This document shows, one piece after another, positions 50,320-60,135 of a DNA stretch of 64,000 bases. The first letter of the stretch is position 1; every line of letters starts with the position of its first letter. The notes beneath the pieces were generated by a model. The model had not been told where the DNA came from. It searched no databases and worked only from the letters and a program-made list of their open reading frames with translations. Position numbers and translations under genes: made by a program. The DNA comes from an uncultured Bacteroidales bacterium. GTDB taxonomy: Bacteria; Bacteroidota; Bacteroidia; Bacteroidales; B18-G4. The stretch is from NCBI GenBank assembly GCA_964531985.1, contig CAZHFC010000001.1, forward strand, positions 29,572 to 93,571, written 5' to 3'.

Positions 50320-50450
50320 GTTTTATTACCTTTGGATAACAGAGAACCAATAACCAAATCAATGAAACCCCCGTTTGCCGGCCTGTGAAATGTTGGCTTT
50401 GCAGCCGCGATATGGGGTTTTATTGAATTGTTAAACTAAAAACCAATGTG

Positions 50451-50987
50451 ATGAAAAAGAATGTAAAAGTGATCTCATCCGCCCTGGCCATTTTGGCCAT
50501 GGCCTTGTTTCCCTTGCTGGCCGGAGCACAAAACGGCTATGAAATTTCTTCGTTCGAAGGCAGGTTTTCCATCACTTTCCCGGATAAACCGGATTATTCC
50601 GTCGAAGATATTGAAACAGACGTAGGCATGCTGAAAATGCATACCTATATCTATGAAGGTTCTGATGATGTGGCTTTCCTGCTTGCATATATCGATTATC
50701 CGCAGGACCTGGTGGAAGAATCCGATGCCGACGACCTGCTGGAAGCAGCCATGGAGGGCGCCGTGGGGTCATGGGGCTTTGACATGAACAGCCTGAAAAA
50801 GGAAACAAGATGGCACAATGGGAATAAAGGCCTTTATGCCAAGGGGAGCACGGATGATACCCATACTGCCTACGAGGTGATACTGGCCGGCAACCGGCTT
50901 TACCAGCTGGCCATCCTGCAATATAACAGTCCGATCGATGAGAATGAACTCAATACTTTTTTCACTTCCTTTAAGATCAGCGATTAA
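50451..50987 (+). CDS. Hypothetical exported protein
   Basis: Signal peptide ending LAGA-Q, an acidic alpha/beta domain, and a promoter TACCTTTG at 50327-50334. Confidence 0.65.
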   Translation: MKKNVKVISSALAILAMALFPLLAGAQNGYEISSFEGRFSITFPDKPDYSVEDIETDVGMLKMHTYIYEGSDDVAFLLAYIDYPQDLVEESDADDLLEAAMEGAVGSWGFDMNSLKKETRWHNGNKGLYAKGSTDDTHTAYEVILAGNRLYQLAILQYNSPIDENELNTFFTSFKISD

Positions 50988-50988
50988 G

Positions 50989-51702
50989 ATGTTTTTTTCT
51001 AAGGGTTTTCACCCTTTTTTGCCAGCCCCTGCAGTGCTTGGGGCTGTAGTCTTATTATGGCTGCCCCTTGGCGCTCTTTTATCGCAAAACCTCGAATACC
51101 ATGAACAGCGCGGATCGGAGGTTTTTGCGTACCATTATGCTTTTACCGAAACGGCGGACGGATACAGGATATTCGTTCACCGCATGAACGGCAGTGACAC
51201 CACCGACTGGCAGGTGCTCACTACCGGCCTCGCCTTTAAAACCCTTTCATGGCGGTATGTGCGCATGGGCGAAGAAACCGACGTGGAAGCCAGGCTGGTG
51301 CATGATGGCGTTCAGATCAGGGGCCGGCTTGATGGAAAGGAAATCGATGAACTGGAAGAGCCCGGTGAAGGGGAGCCTTGGATACAGCTTTTCCCGATGA
51401 ATCCCGGCATGGAACAATTCATTTTTTCATCAGCGGATGAGATCGTGTTCTGGTCGATAGGGACTGAAAGACCGGCCGATATGAAGATCAACAGCTTCAG
51501 GGCAGAGAAGGAAGAAGTTGCCTGGTCGGATGATTATGGCTGTGAAGTGCTGCGTATAAACTTCGCCCCAACGGGCTGGCGGTCGTATTTCTGGAACGGC
51601 GACTACTATTTCCGGCCCTCCGACGGCCGTGTGCTGGGCTACAGGGGAGATGGCGCCCCCGGCAAACCTTCATCCAAAACCACCCTTGTAAGGGAGGAAT
51701 GA
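50989..51702 (+). CDS. Hypothetical exported beta-rich protein
   Basis: The start is placed at ATG 50989, one base after the upstream stop. The N-terminus is hydrophobic. Confidence 0.6.
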   Translation: MFFSKGFHPFLPAPAVLGAVVLLWLPLGALLSQNLEYHEQRGSEVFAYHYAFTETADGYRIFVHRMNGSDTTDWQVLTTGLAFKTLSWRYVRMGEETDVEARLVHDGVQIRGRLDGKEIDELEEPGEGEPWIQLFPMNPGMEQFIFSSADEIVFWSIGTERPADMKINSFRAEKEEVAWSDDYGCEVLRINFAPTGWRSYFWNGDYYFRPSDGRVLGYRGDGAPGKPSSKTTLVREE

Positions 51703-51764
51703 GACCGCTGGCGTAGTGTTATGGCTTTCAAGCAGCAGTGATGGGACGTAATTGCTGAAGAGGG

Positions 51765-51803
51765 AAAAAAGAAAAGCCTCACAATTCCCATGCAAGGCTT
51801 TTT
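51765..51803 (-). terminator. Terminator downstream of tRNA-Val (possibly bidirectional)
   Basis: On the minus strand, aaaagccttgca / tgtgaggctttt forms a 12-bp stem with two G-U pairs, followed by cttttttc. Confidence 0.7.
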
Positions 51804-51855
51804 GATTAAGCTAACTACTTATAAAGCAGAAAATTGAGTTTTAACCCAAAACTCG

Positions 51856-51930
51856 TGGGAGTTACTGGATTCGAACCAGTGACCCTCTGCTTGTAAGGCA
51901 GATGCTCTGAACCAACTGAGCTAAACTCCC
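51856..51930 (-). tRNA. tRNA-Val(TAC)
   Basis: GGGAGTTTAGCTCAGTTGGTTCAGAGCATCTGCCTTACAAGCAGAGGGTCACTGGTTCGAATCCAGTAACTCCCA folds as a cloverleaf with anticodon TAC. CCA is not encoded. Confidence 0.97.
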
Positions 51931-52071
51931 CTAAAGAACGATCATCCAAAAGGGACAGCAAAAATAAGACGAATAATTGGTTTGGCAAAATATTTTGTGA
52001 AGGAATTGTTGGTTTTATTCAGAAATCAGCATTCCCCTTATCCCGGAAGGGTAATTTCACTTATCTCCATG

Positions 52072-52656
52072 TCAGGCCAGCGTATCCTTTGCATCATCTG
52101 CATACATCGGGCTCAGGTTGAAGCGGTCGGGGTGCCGCGGATGCTTGTCGCGGTAAAAGTCCTGGATGAGCTGTAAGTCCTTTTCATAATCACCGCTGGG
52201 ATACAGGGTCAGGCCGTAGCCTACCTTTTTTTCACGGTAGTCCAGATATACGCATCCGATGGGGACATTGGCTTGCATGGCGATGGCATAGAAACCTTTT
52301 TTCCATTTCCTGACCAGTTTTCGCGTTCCTTCCGGTGTGACCATCAGGTAAAAACTGTCGCTCTTTTCGAATAACCCGGCAACATGATCAACAATGCGGT
52401 TGTTGCGGTGCCTGTCGACAGGGATGCCGCCGGCCTGCCTGACCAGCCACCCGAGCGGTCCCCCAAAGGCTTCCTTCTTGATCAGGAATCGCGTTTTCAT
52501 GCCAAGGATGGTAGCGGCAAACCTGCCGAAGACAAAATCGAAATTGCTGGTATGCGGGGCGGCCAGCAATACGCATTTCTTCAGGCCGGCCGGCGGCCGC
52601 TCGGCAATCTTCCATCCCGATACCCAAAAATAAAACCTGGCGAAAAGACGTATCAT
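52072..52656 (-). CDS. 1-acyl-sn-glycerol-3-phosphate acyltransferase family (PlsC-like)
   Basis: Motifs APHTSNFD (HxxxxD), GGIPVDR and TPEGTR. Confidence 0.88.
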   Translation of the reverse strand: MIRLFARFYFWVSGWKIAERPPAGLKKCVLLAAPHTSNFDFVFGRFAATILGMKTRFLIKKEAFGGPLGWLVRQAGGIPVDRHRNNRIVDHVAGLFEKSDSFYLMVTPEGTRKLVRKWKKGFYAIAMQANVPIGCVYLDYREKKVGYGLTLYPSGDYEKDLQLIQDFYRDKHPRHPDRFNLSPMYADDAKDTLA

Positions 52657-52828
52657 CCGTGTCGGTTATTATATTGCAAATATACCGAATTTCAATTCTT
52701 CCTCCAAATCAGTGCGAGCAACATCATCATCATGCTTATATTATGCACAAAAAAACAGGTGGCATTAACATCAATTATTATCTTTGTTTCCGAAGTTTAG
52801 TTGATTTATTCATTAAAACCTTCCTCCC

Positions 52829-55672
52829 ATGAAAAGATCTTTTGTCCTGGCTTTTGCCATTCTTGCGCTTTTCTCTGTCGCTGCGCAGGATATTAACTAC
52901 AAAACGGAGGCTCCGGTACCCCTTGATCCAGCCGTGATCTACGGGACCCTCGATAATGGCCTCACCTACTACATCCGTGAAAATGCCAAACCCGAAAACA
53001 GGGCCGAGTTTTACCTCGTGGTCGATGTGGGAGCGGTACAGGAAGATGATTCGCAGGATGGACTGGCCCATTTTTGCGAACATATGTGCTTTAACGGAAC
53101 CGAAAATTTCGAAAAACATGAGATTATCCATTACCTGCAATCGATCGGCATGAAGTTTGGCCCGGAAATCAACGCTTTTACGGGACAGGACGTTACCACC
53201 TACATGTTGCAGAAGGTTCCCACCGATAAGCCTTCAACGGTCGATACGGCTTTGCTGATCCTCTACGACTGGGCATATCATGTTGCCTTTGAAGATGAAG
53301 AGATCGATTATGAGAGGGGCGTGATCCATGAAGAGTGGAGAACGCGGAGGGGCGCACAGTTCCGCATGATGACGAAAACCAGCAAGACGCTGTATAAGGG
53401 ATCAAAGTACGCCGACAGGGATGTGATCGGCAATATCGATATCATCAACAACTGTGATTATGAAGAACTGAGAAGGTTCTACCGCGAATGGTACCGGCCG
53501 GAACTGCAGGCCGTGATCGCAGTGGGCGATTTCGATGCCGCTGATATGGAAGTCAGGATCAGGGAACTCTTTTCGCAGGCCCCCGTCAGGGAGAATTACC
53601 GTGAAAAGGAAATTTATCCTGTTCCGGATCACAACGAGACATATATTGCCATCGAAACAGATCCTGAAGCACAGTACAACCTTGTGCAGGTGTACTGGAA
53701 ACATGATGTTGCTCCCGAAAAAAACATGGGATATTACCGGAAGAGCATACTCAGTCAGGTTTATGCCATGATGCTCAACAGCCGCCTGGAAGAACTTACC
53801 CGGCTGGACGACCCGCCTTTTTTGTATGCCGTAAGCATGTATACCAATATGGTGAGAAGCAAGGATGCTTACATTGCGTTTGCCTTGACCTCGAACGAGA
53901 ATGTCCAGGCAGGACTTGAGGCATTGCTGGTTGAAAATGAAAGGCTGAAAAGGCATGGATTTACCGAAACGGAATTTGAACGGGCCCGTGCCGACTACCT
54001 CAAACAGCTCGAAAAACAATACCGCGAACGCGATAAGCAGGAGTCAGATGCTTATGTGTGGCTGTATTATTCACATTTTCTCCAGGATGAACCCTCGCCC
54101 GGTATCGCATATTCTTATGCATTTGTTCAGCAGTTGCTCCCGGCCGTTAGCCTTGATGAAATAAACCAGCTGGCCTCCGAATGGATCAGTGATGAGAACC
54201 GCGTGGTGGTGCTCACAGGTCCCGAGTCGGAATCATCGTCGATGCCCGACGCCGGTGAAGTGCTGGAACTGGTCAGAAAGGTGGATGAAATGGAAATAGA
54301 TGCCTATATCGACCGGTTCTCGGATGCACCGCTGATGGCCGAAACACCGGTTCCTGGCAAGATCATAAAAAAAAGCAGGGATAAAAAACTCGGCACTTTG
54401 CGCTGGGAATTGTCAAACGGGGTTCATGTTGTTTTCAAGCCCACCGATTTCAAGGATGATGAGATATTGATGACAGCCTTCAGCTATGGCGGGACTAGCC
54501 TGTATGATGTGAAGGACCTGATGTCGGCTGAAAACAGTTCGGGAGTGATCCAAAGGAGCGGACTGGCAGGATTTGACGACACTGAGCTCAAAAAGAAGTT
54601 ATCAGGGAAGATTGTCAGTGTCAGCCCCTTTATCGGGGAAACTTCCGAGGGTTTTAACGGGCAATGTTCGCCCGATGACCTGGAAACCATGCTGCAGCTG
54701 GTACATTTGTATTTTACAAGCCCGCGGCAGGACGAGACGGCCTTTAATGCATACCTGAAGTTGATGAAAGGCCTGATCGACAACCGTTCCAATGATCCCT
54801 CCTCGGCCCTGCAGGATACCATCATGGTAACCCTGGCAAACTATCACGATCGGGTGAGGCCCCTGACAACGGAACTTCTTGATGAAGTAAACTTCAGGAA
54901 GCTGCATTATATATTTTCCGAAAGGTTTGGCGATCCAGGCAGCTTTACTTTTTATTTTGTTGGCAATATCGACCCGGATGAGGCAAAACCAATGATCCTG
55001 ACTTACCTGGGCGGACTTCCCCTGGTCGAGCGTAATGAAAGCTGGAAAGACCATGGCATCAGGCCTCCCGCCGAAACAGTGGAAAAGGTGGTCATGAAAG
55101 GGATGGAAGTTCCCAAAGCCACCGTATCAATCATGTATACCAGTGTTTACGATTATGATGATGCCATGGGAAGAATGGAACTTTCGGCCCTCTGCGATAT
55201 ACTGGATGTTCGCTATACCGAAACCATCCGTGAAGAACAGGGCGGGACCTATGGAGTGGGCGTGCGGCCGCAACAGGTCAACTATCCCTGGGAACACTAT
55301 ATGGTAAGGATCTATTTTGATTGCGATCCCGAGAATGCCGCCAAGCTGAAGGGCATCGTCTATGAGGAAATAGAAAAACTCAAAACAGAAGGTCCCCGGG
55401 CCAAAGACCTGAATGGTGTAAAGGAAAACCTCCTGAAGTCGAGGGCCGAACGGCTCAAGCAGAACAGGTTCTGGCTTAATTCGCTGAAAAGTATGGATTT
55501 TGACCAGTCCGACCCCGGCAATTTTTTCAAATATGAAGAAATGGTCAACAGCATGAGCATAGAAAGCCTGAAAGATGCCGCCAACAGGTTTTTTGGCATT
55601 GATCATATAGAGGTGATCATGCTGCCCGACGGTGAAGTGGAAAACATCAGGAATCCCCTGTTGCAGAATTGA
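52829..55672 (+). CDS. M16 (pitrilysin/PqqL-like) zinc peptidase, exported
   Basis: Signal peptide, GLAHFCEHMCFNGT (HxxEH), NAFT, ERGVIHEEWR and IREEQGGTY. Confidence 0.9.
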   Translation: MKRSFVLAFAILALFSVAAQDINYKTEAPVPLDPAVIYGTLDNGLTYYIRENAKPENRAEFYLVVDVGAVQEDDSQDGLAHFCEHMCFNGTENFEKHEIIHYLQSIGMKFGPEINAFTGQDVTTYMLQKVPTDKPSTVDTALLILYDWAYHVAFEDEEIDYERGVIHEEWRTRRGAQFRMMTKTSKTLYKGSKYADRDVIGNIDIINNCDYEELRRFYREWYRPELQAVIAVGDFDAADMEVRIRELFSQAPVRENYREKEIYPVPDHNETYIAIETDPEAQYNLVQVYWKHDVAPEKNMGYYRKSILSQVYAMMLNSRLEELTRLDDPPFLYAVSMYTNMVRSKDAYIAFALTSNENVQAGLEALLVENERLKRHGFTETEFERARADYLKQLEKQYRERDKQESDAYVWLYYSHFLQDEPSPGIAYSYAFVQQLLPAVSLDEINQLASEWISDENRVVVLTGPESESSSMPDAGEVLELVRKVDEMEIDAYIDRFSDAPLMAETPVPGKIIKKSRDKKLGTLRWELSNGVHVVFKPTDFKDDEILMTAFSYGGTSLYDVKDLMSAENSSGVIQRSGLAGFDDTELKKKLSGKIVSVSPFIGETSEGFNGQCSPDDLETMLQLVHLYFTSPRQDETAFNAYLKLMKGLIDNRSNDPSSALQDTIMVTLANYHDRVRPLTTELLDEVNFRKLHYIFSERFGDPGSFTFYFVGNIDPDEAKPMILTYLGGLPLVERNESWKDHGIRPPAETVEKVVMKGMEVPKATVSIMYTSVYDYDDAMGRMELSALCDILDVRYTETIREEQGGTYGVGVRPQQVNYPWEHYMVRIYFDCDPENAAKLKGIVYEEIEKLKTEGPRAKDLNGVKENLLKSRAERLKQNRFWLNSLKSMDFDQSDPGNFFKYEEMVNSMSIESLKDAANRFFGIDHIEVIMLPDGEVENIRNPLLQN

Positions 55673-55705
55673 TCTTATCAGGGTGAACACCCGGAAGTGG
55701 CGGAG

Positions 55706-57433
55706 TTAAAAATCGATGTCGAGGCCGAGCTGGTTGCGAAGGTTTGTGATCTCGGGGTTTTTCTCCGCCATTTTCTTATAGATCTCGTCAGGAAAATAAG
55801 CCTTGTTTTCCTGTTCGCCCGGGTCTGCCAAACGGATGCCCGCCGAAATGAAGTCGTTGTTCAGGTCCTTGCGAAGATGTGCGAGCATGCCCGGTAAAAG
55901 ATCCCTGATCTCTTTTTCAATTACCTTGTTGTGCGCCGTGATCTCAATTTCGAAGTTTTCCTTTAGCACGGGCATGGAATCAGTGAGGCTGCTACGCAGG
56001 TTTTCGGAGTGTTTGCAAACTGCCGCAACACATGCTGCCCAGCGGCCATGAAGGTCGGCCTCACTGAAAGGGCTCTTGTTCTTAGGCGCGATGGTGGCTT
56101 CCGTCTTCTTTTCGTGCCTGCCATTAAGCTTTTCCGAAGTCTTTTTAATGGAGATTTGGTCGAGAATGGGATCAGGTACAGGATCTTTTTTTTCTTCTTT
56201 CTTAATAACCGGTTCTTCCGCAACACTTTTTTTCTTCACTGTTTCATTTGAGTAATCACTTTTTGGCGGTTTGGCAGGTCCGGAGCCGGGGCCGGGTAAA
56301 ACAGCCTTATTTTTGCTTTCCTCTTTCCTGTCGTGGGGATATCCCATCAAGCCACACATCTGCAAGACCGCAAGTTCAAGCAAAAGGCGTTTGTTGCTGC
56401 TGGTCTTGTATTGGCTGTCGTACTGATAGTTGATGCTGAGCGACCTTAGCAGGAAAGTCGTGTCGCACAGATCCGATTGCTGCAGGTAGCGTTTTTTCAG
56501 GTTTTCGCTTACTTCGAGCAGGCCGGCCGTTTCCGCGTCTTTGCAAACCAGCAGGTTTCGCAGGTGCTCGCCCAGGCCGGTAATGAAGTATTGCCCGTCG
56601 AAACCGTTATCAATGATCTCGTTGATGATGAGGAGCGTGTTGGCGGCGTCTCCCTTCAGGATATATTCAATCAGACTGAAGTAGTAATCATAATCCAATA
56701 CGTTCAGGTTCTGGATCACCTGCTGGTAGGTGATCTCGTTCCCGCTGAAGCTGACAAGCTGGTCGAAGATCGAAAGTGCATCGCGCATCGCGCCATCCGC
56801 TTTCTGTGCAATAATATGCAGGGCATCCTCACTGGCATTTACCTTTTCATTGCCGGCAACATATTTCAGGTGTGCGGCAATGTCGTCAACGGATATCCGC
56901 TTGAAGTCGAAGATCTGGCAACGCGAAAGAATGGTAGGGATAATCTTGTGCTTTTCGGTTGTGGCAAGGATGAACTTTGCATAGGAAGGCGGCTCTTCCA
57001 GAGTCTTTAAAAAAGCATTGAAAGCGGATGCAGACAGCATGTGCACCTCATCGATGATGTATACTTTGTAACGGCCCAGTTGTGGAGGGATCCTGACCTG
57101 GTCGACCAGGTTGCGGATGTCTTCCACCGAGTTGTTGGAAGCCGCGTCGAGTTCATGGATGTTGAAGGAGGCGGAACTGTTGAACGACTTACAGGATTCG
57201 CACACGTTACAGGCTTCAATGTTTTCGGTAATGTTCTGGCAGTTGATGGTCTTTGCCAGTATCCTGGCACAGGTGGTCTTACCCACGCCACGCGGCCCGC
57301 AGAATAAAAATGCCTGGGCCAGTTGCCCGGTCCTGATGGCGTTTTTGAGGGTTCTGGTGATGGTGGCCTGCCCAACTACCGTATCAAAAGTAGCCGGCCT
57401 GTATTTTCGTGCCGAAACAATGAAGTTCTCCAT
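55706..57433 (-). CDS. dnaX: DNA polymerase III subunit gamma/tau
   Basis: Motifs ARKYRP, GPRGVGKTT, ELDAASN, IIDEVHML, FNAFLKTLEEPP and TILSRC. Confidence 0.96.
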   Translation of the reverse strand: MENFIVSARKYRPATFDTVVGQATITRTLKNAIRTGQLAQAFLFCGPRGVGKTTCARILAKTINCQNITENIEACNVCESCKSFNSSASFNIHELDAASNNSVEDIRNLVDQVRIPPQLGRYKVYIIDEVHMLSASAFNAFLKTLEEPPSYAKFILATTEKHKIIPTILSRCQIFDFKRISVDDIAAHLKYVAGNEKVNASEDALHIIAQKADGAMRDALSIFDQLVSFSGNEITYQQVIQNLNVLDYDYYFSLIEYILKGDAANTLLIINEIIDNGFDGQYFITGLGEHLRNLLVCKDAETAGLLEVSENLKKRYLQQSDLCDTTFLLRSLSINYQYDSQYKTSSNKRLLLELAVLQMCGLMGYPHDRKEESKNKAVLPGPGSGPAKPPKSDYSNETVKKKSVAEEPVIKKEEKKDPVPDPILDQISIKKTSEKLNGRHEKKTEATIAPKNKSPFSEADLHGRWAACVAAVCKHSENLRSSLTDSMPVLKENFEIEITAHNKVIEKEIRDLLPGMLAHLRKDLNNDFISAGIRLADPGEQENKAYFPDEIYKKMAEKNPEITNLRNQLGLDIDF

Positions 57434-57573
57434 TCGGGTTTTGGTGTTTTGGATTTCAAAAGTACAAAATATCCCTTACCGCCTCACCTCCTTTTTTGCA
57501 CTTTTAACGGCTTATGGCCCGCCCGGATAATAATCCCTCACCATCAAATGATCAAAATATTATCTTTGTATAT

Positions 57574-58866
57574 ATGATAATCGTATTCAGCCCCCAGCTA
57601 AGCCCGCGGATCAGGTACATATTCAAACTGATCCTGGGCGAATTGCTTGGTGATGAGCCATTGTTTACATCCAGTACCGAAGAGTTTGCGGCCGCCGGGG
57701 GGCCGAAGATCAATTATTCAAAAGATCCGAAGCACGGCGGTTTGTTTTTCGAGGCCCACGGGCTGCTCAGCGAAAAGGATATCCTGAACCAGGAAACGGT
57801 ATTTCCCGAAGGAGATCAATCCCACGGCTTCTTTGCGGTTTACAATAAACAGTCGGCCATGAATTTCGATCCTTTCGCTGCCTCCTTCTACCTGGTTACC
57901 CGTTACGAGGAATACCTCCCCTATGTTCGTGATGAGTACGGCCGCTTCCAGGCAGTTGAAAGCCTGGCCTGGAAAAAGGGTTTTCTCGATAAACCGGTGG
58001 TCAATACCTGGGCCGGGATGATTGCTGAAAAGATCAGTCAAAAATGGCCTTCCTGGCAGGCAAAGAAACCGGAATACCGCTTTATCCCGACCATCGATAT
58101 TAATGCGGCATGGCGCTATAAACGCAAGGGCTTTTTCAGGACGGTGGCTGGCCTGGCCAATTCATTGTCGAACATTGATTTCGGGCAGGCTACCGACAGG
58201 ATCCGGGTTGTCAGCAATCTCAGCCGCGACCCTTTTGATACCTATGATGCCCAACTCGCCCTGAACAGGAAATACGGGCTCGACACCATCTATTTTGTTT
58301 TATTTGCCGATTACGATACCAATGACAGAAATACGCCCGTTGGCAACAGGCACTTCAGGATATTGATCAAAACCCTCGCCGACTACTGCCGGATCGGGAT
58401 ACATACTTCCTTTGCTTCGCTGAAATCGACTGAAAAGCTTGACCATGAATTCCGCAGGCTTTCGGCTGTTTTAAATAAGGATATTAACATGACAAGGCAG
58501 CATTTCCATGTGCTGAACATGCCGCTTACATACCGTGGATTTGTGAACAGGGATGTTGAAAACGATTATTCGATGGGCTATGCCGTTACACCGGGATTCA
58601 GGGCCGGTATCTGCAGCCCCTTCAACTTCTACGACCTCGATTTTGAAGTTGAAACCCCCATGCGGATATGGCCTTTTGCCATAGTCGACAAGGGCCTTGA
58701 ACAGGGCTTCGGCCTTGAAGATTCGTTCAGCAGCATCATCGCCCGGGTCAAGGCTGTCAACGGTACCCTGGTGACCCTCTGGAATAACGAATCACTGGTG
58801 AGCGAAGGTGCCGGCCCGGTCAACATCGGCACCTACGAGACGGTTATCCGGATGGCCCTGCAGTAG
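57574..58866 (+). CDS. CE4/polysaccharide deacetylase-like protein (DUF7033-type), copy 1
   Basis: Motifs FDPFAASFYLVTRYEEY..D.YGRF, PTIDIN, IGIH, RQHF and DYSMGY...GFRAG. The start is placed at ATG 57574, after TATCTTTG. Confidence 0.75.
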   Translation: MIIVFSPQLSPRIRYIFKLILGELLGDEPLFTSSTEEFAAAGGPKINYSKDPKHGGLFFEAHGLLSEKDILNQETVFPEGDQSHGFFAVYNKQSAMNFDPFAASFYLVTRYEEYLPYVRDEYGRFQAVESLAWKKGFLDKPVVNTWAGMIAEKISQKWPSWQAKKPEYRFIPTIDINAAWRYKRKGFFRTVAGLANSLSNIDFGQATDRIRVVSNLSRDPFDTYDAQLALNRKYGLDTIYFVLFADYDTNDRNTPVGNRHFRILIKTLADYCRIGIHTSFASLKSTEKLDHEFRRLSAVLNKDINMTRQHFHVLNMPLTYRGFVNRDVENDYSMGYAVTPGFRAGICSPFNFYDLDFEVETPMRIWPFAIVDKGLEQGFGLEDSFSSIIARVKAVNGTLVTLWNNESLVSEGAGPVNIGTYETVIRMALQ

Positions 58867-58934
58867 GCGATATAACAAAATCATTATGCGACTTCGATTA
58901 TTCCCAGTATCTTTGCTCTGATCATAGTTTTTTC

Positions 58935-60125
58935 ATGTTAAGAAGCCTTTACCGATACAGCAGATTTTTTTTGTTGAGCATGGTCCCCGGGCGGCTTGCC
59001 TACATAATGCGCGATCTCAGGCGGTATTGCCTGTCTGGAAACAGATTTTTCAAAAATGAAGATACCGGGCCCAGGCAAAAGAAACTGGCCATTGCCCACG
59101 GGGTGAACTGGCTCCTGCTTGCGCAGGCGTCAACCCCCGATGACGGGATGGGATCATATCACCTCATTAACGGATGGTCGGCTTCCTATCCCGAAACAAC
59201 AGGCTATATCATACCCACCCTGCTTGAATATGCCGCTGAAAGGAACGATCGCAATATTATGGATGCAGCCGTAAAGGCAGCCAACTGGCTTATCGCGATC
59301 CAAAAACCTTCGGGTGGCTGGCAGGGTGGAAGGATAAATGAAAACAGGGCGGAGATCGTATTCAATACTGCCCAGATCATCCGCGGTTTGATTGCCGTGT
59401 ACCGTGTGCTTAAAGAGGATAAATACCTGCAGTCGGCCTGCCGGGCCGGCGACTGGCTTTGCAGCATACAGGATAAGGCGGGAACATGGACCAGCTTCGC
59501 GCTGATGGGGCAGGCAAGGGTGTACGACAGCTACGTCGATTATCCGCTGCTGATGCTGCACCGCGAAACCGGCCTCGGAAAATACAAGGAATCAGCCATC
59601 AGCAACCTCAACTGGATCGTTGACAAAAAACAACAACCAAATGCCTGGTTTGAAGATTGTGATAATACTGTTAAACGCAACGACAAGCCCATACTGCATA
59701 CCATCGCCTATACCATCGACGGCTTGCTCGATTGTGGCATTTACCTGGGGGAAAGAAAATATACAGGGGCTGCCGTTAAAGCTGCCGATGTGCTGATGGA
59801 AAAGTTCATGCGCGACGGATATTTACATGGCCGATACGACCGTCACTGGAAAGGCAGCGAGCATATGATCCTTACAGCTTGTGCACAGATGTCGGTTGTT
59901 TGGATGAAAATTGCCTGCTACGCGGGTAACAAAAATTATCATGCGGCAGCCGGCCGGATGAACAACCTGCTTGTGAAACTGCAAAGCAGGCATGGCATGA
60001 GGCATACTTTGGGCGCTATCAGCGGATCCTATCCGCTCTGGGGCCGCTATGAACCTTTTGCTTTTCCCAACTGGGCAACCAAATACCTGGTAGATGCCCT
60101 TATGATGGAAGAAATGAATATATGA
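58935..60125 (+). CDS. Alpha/alpha-toroid protein (prenyltransferase/squalene-cyclase-repeat or glycosidase-like), function unknown
   Basis: Repeated WLxxxQxxxGxW (QW-like) motifs, plus SYPETTGYIIPT, FNTAQI, HTIAY and NWATKY. Confidence 0.65.
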   Translation: MLRSLYRYSRFFLLSMVPGRLAYIMRDLRRYCLSGNRFFKNEDTGPRQKKLAIAHGVNWLLLAQASTPDDGMGSYHLINGWSASYPETTGYIIPTLLEYAAERNDRNIMDAAVKAANWLIAIQKPSGGWQGGRINENRAEIVFNTAQIIRGLIAVYRVLKEDKYLQSACRAGDWLCSIQDKAGTWTSFALMGQARVYDSYVDYPLLMLHRETGLGKYKESAISNLNWIVDKKQQPNAWFEDCDNTVKRNDKPILHTIAYTIDGLLDCGIYLGERKYTGAAVKAADVLMEKFMRDGYLHGRYDRHWKGSEHMILTACAQMSVVWMKIACYAGNKNYHAAAGRMNNLLVKLQSRHGMRHTLGAISGSYPLWGRYEPFAFPNWATKYLVDALMMEEMNI

Positions 60126-60135
60126 CAAGGATCAC

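Noticed and set aside
51700-51930. tRNA-Val as an integration site for an island
   Set aside because: I saw no integrase, no duplicated tRNA 3' end and no mobile genes nearby.
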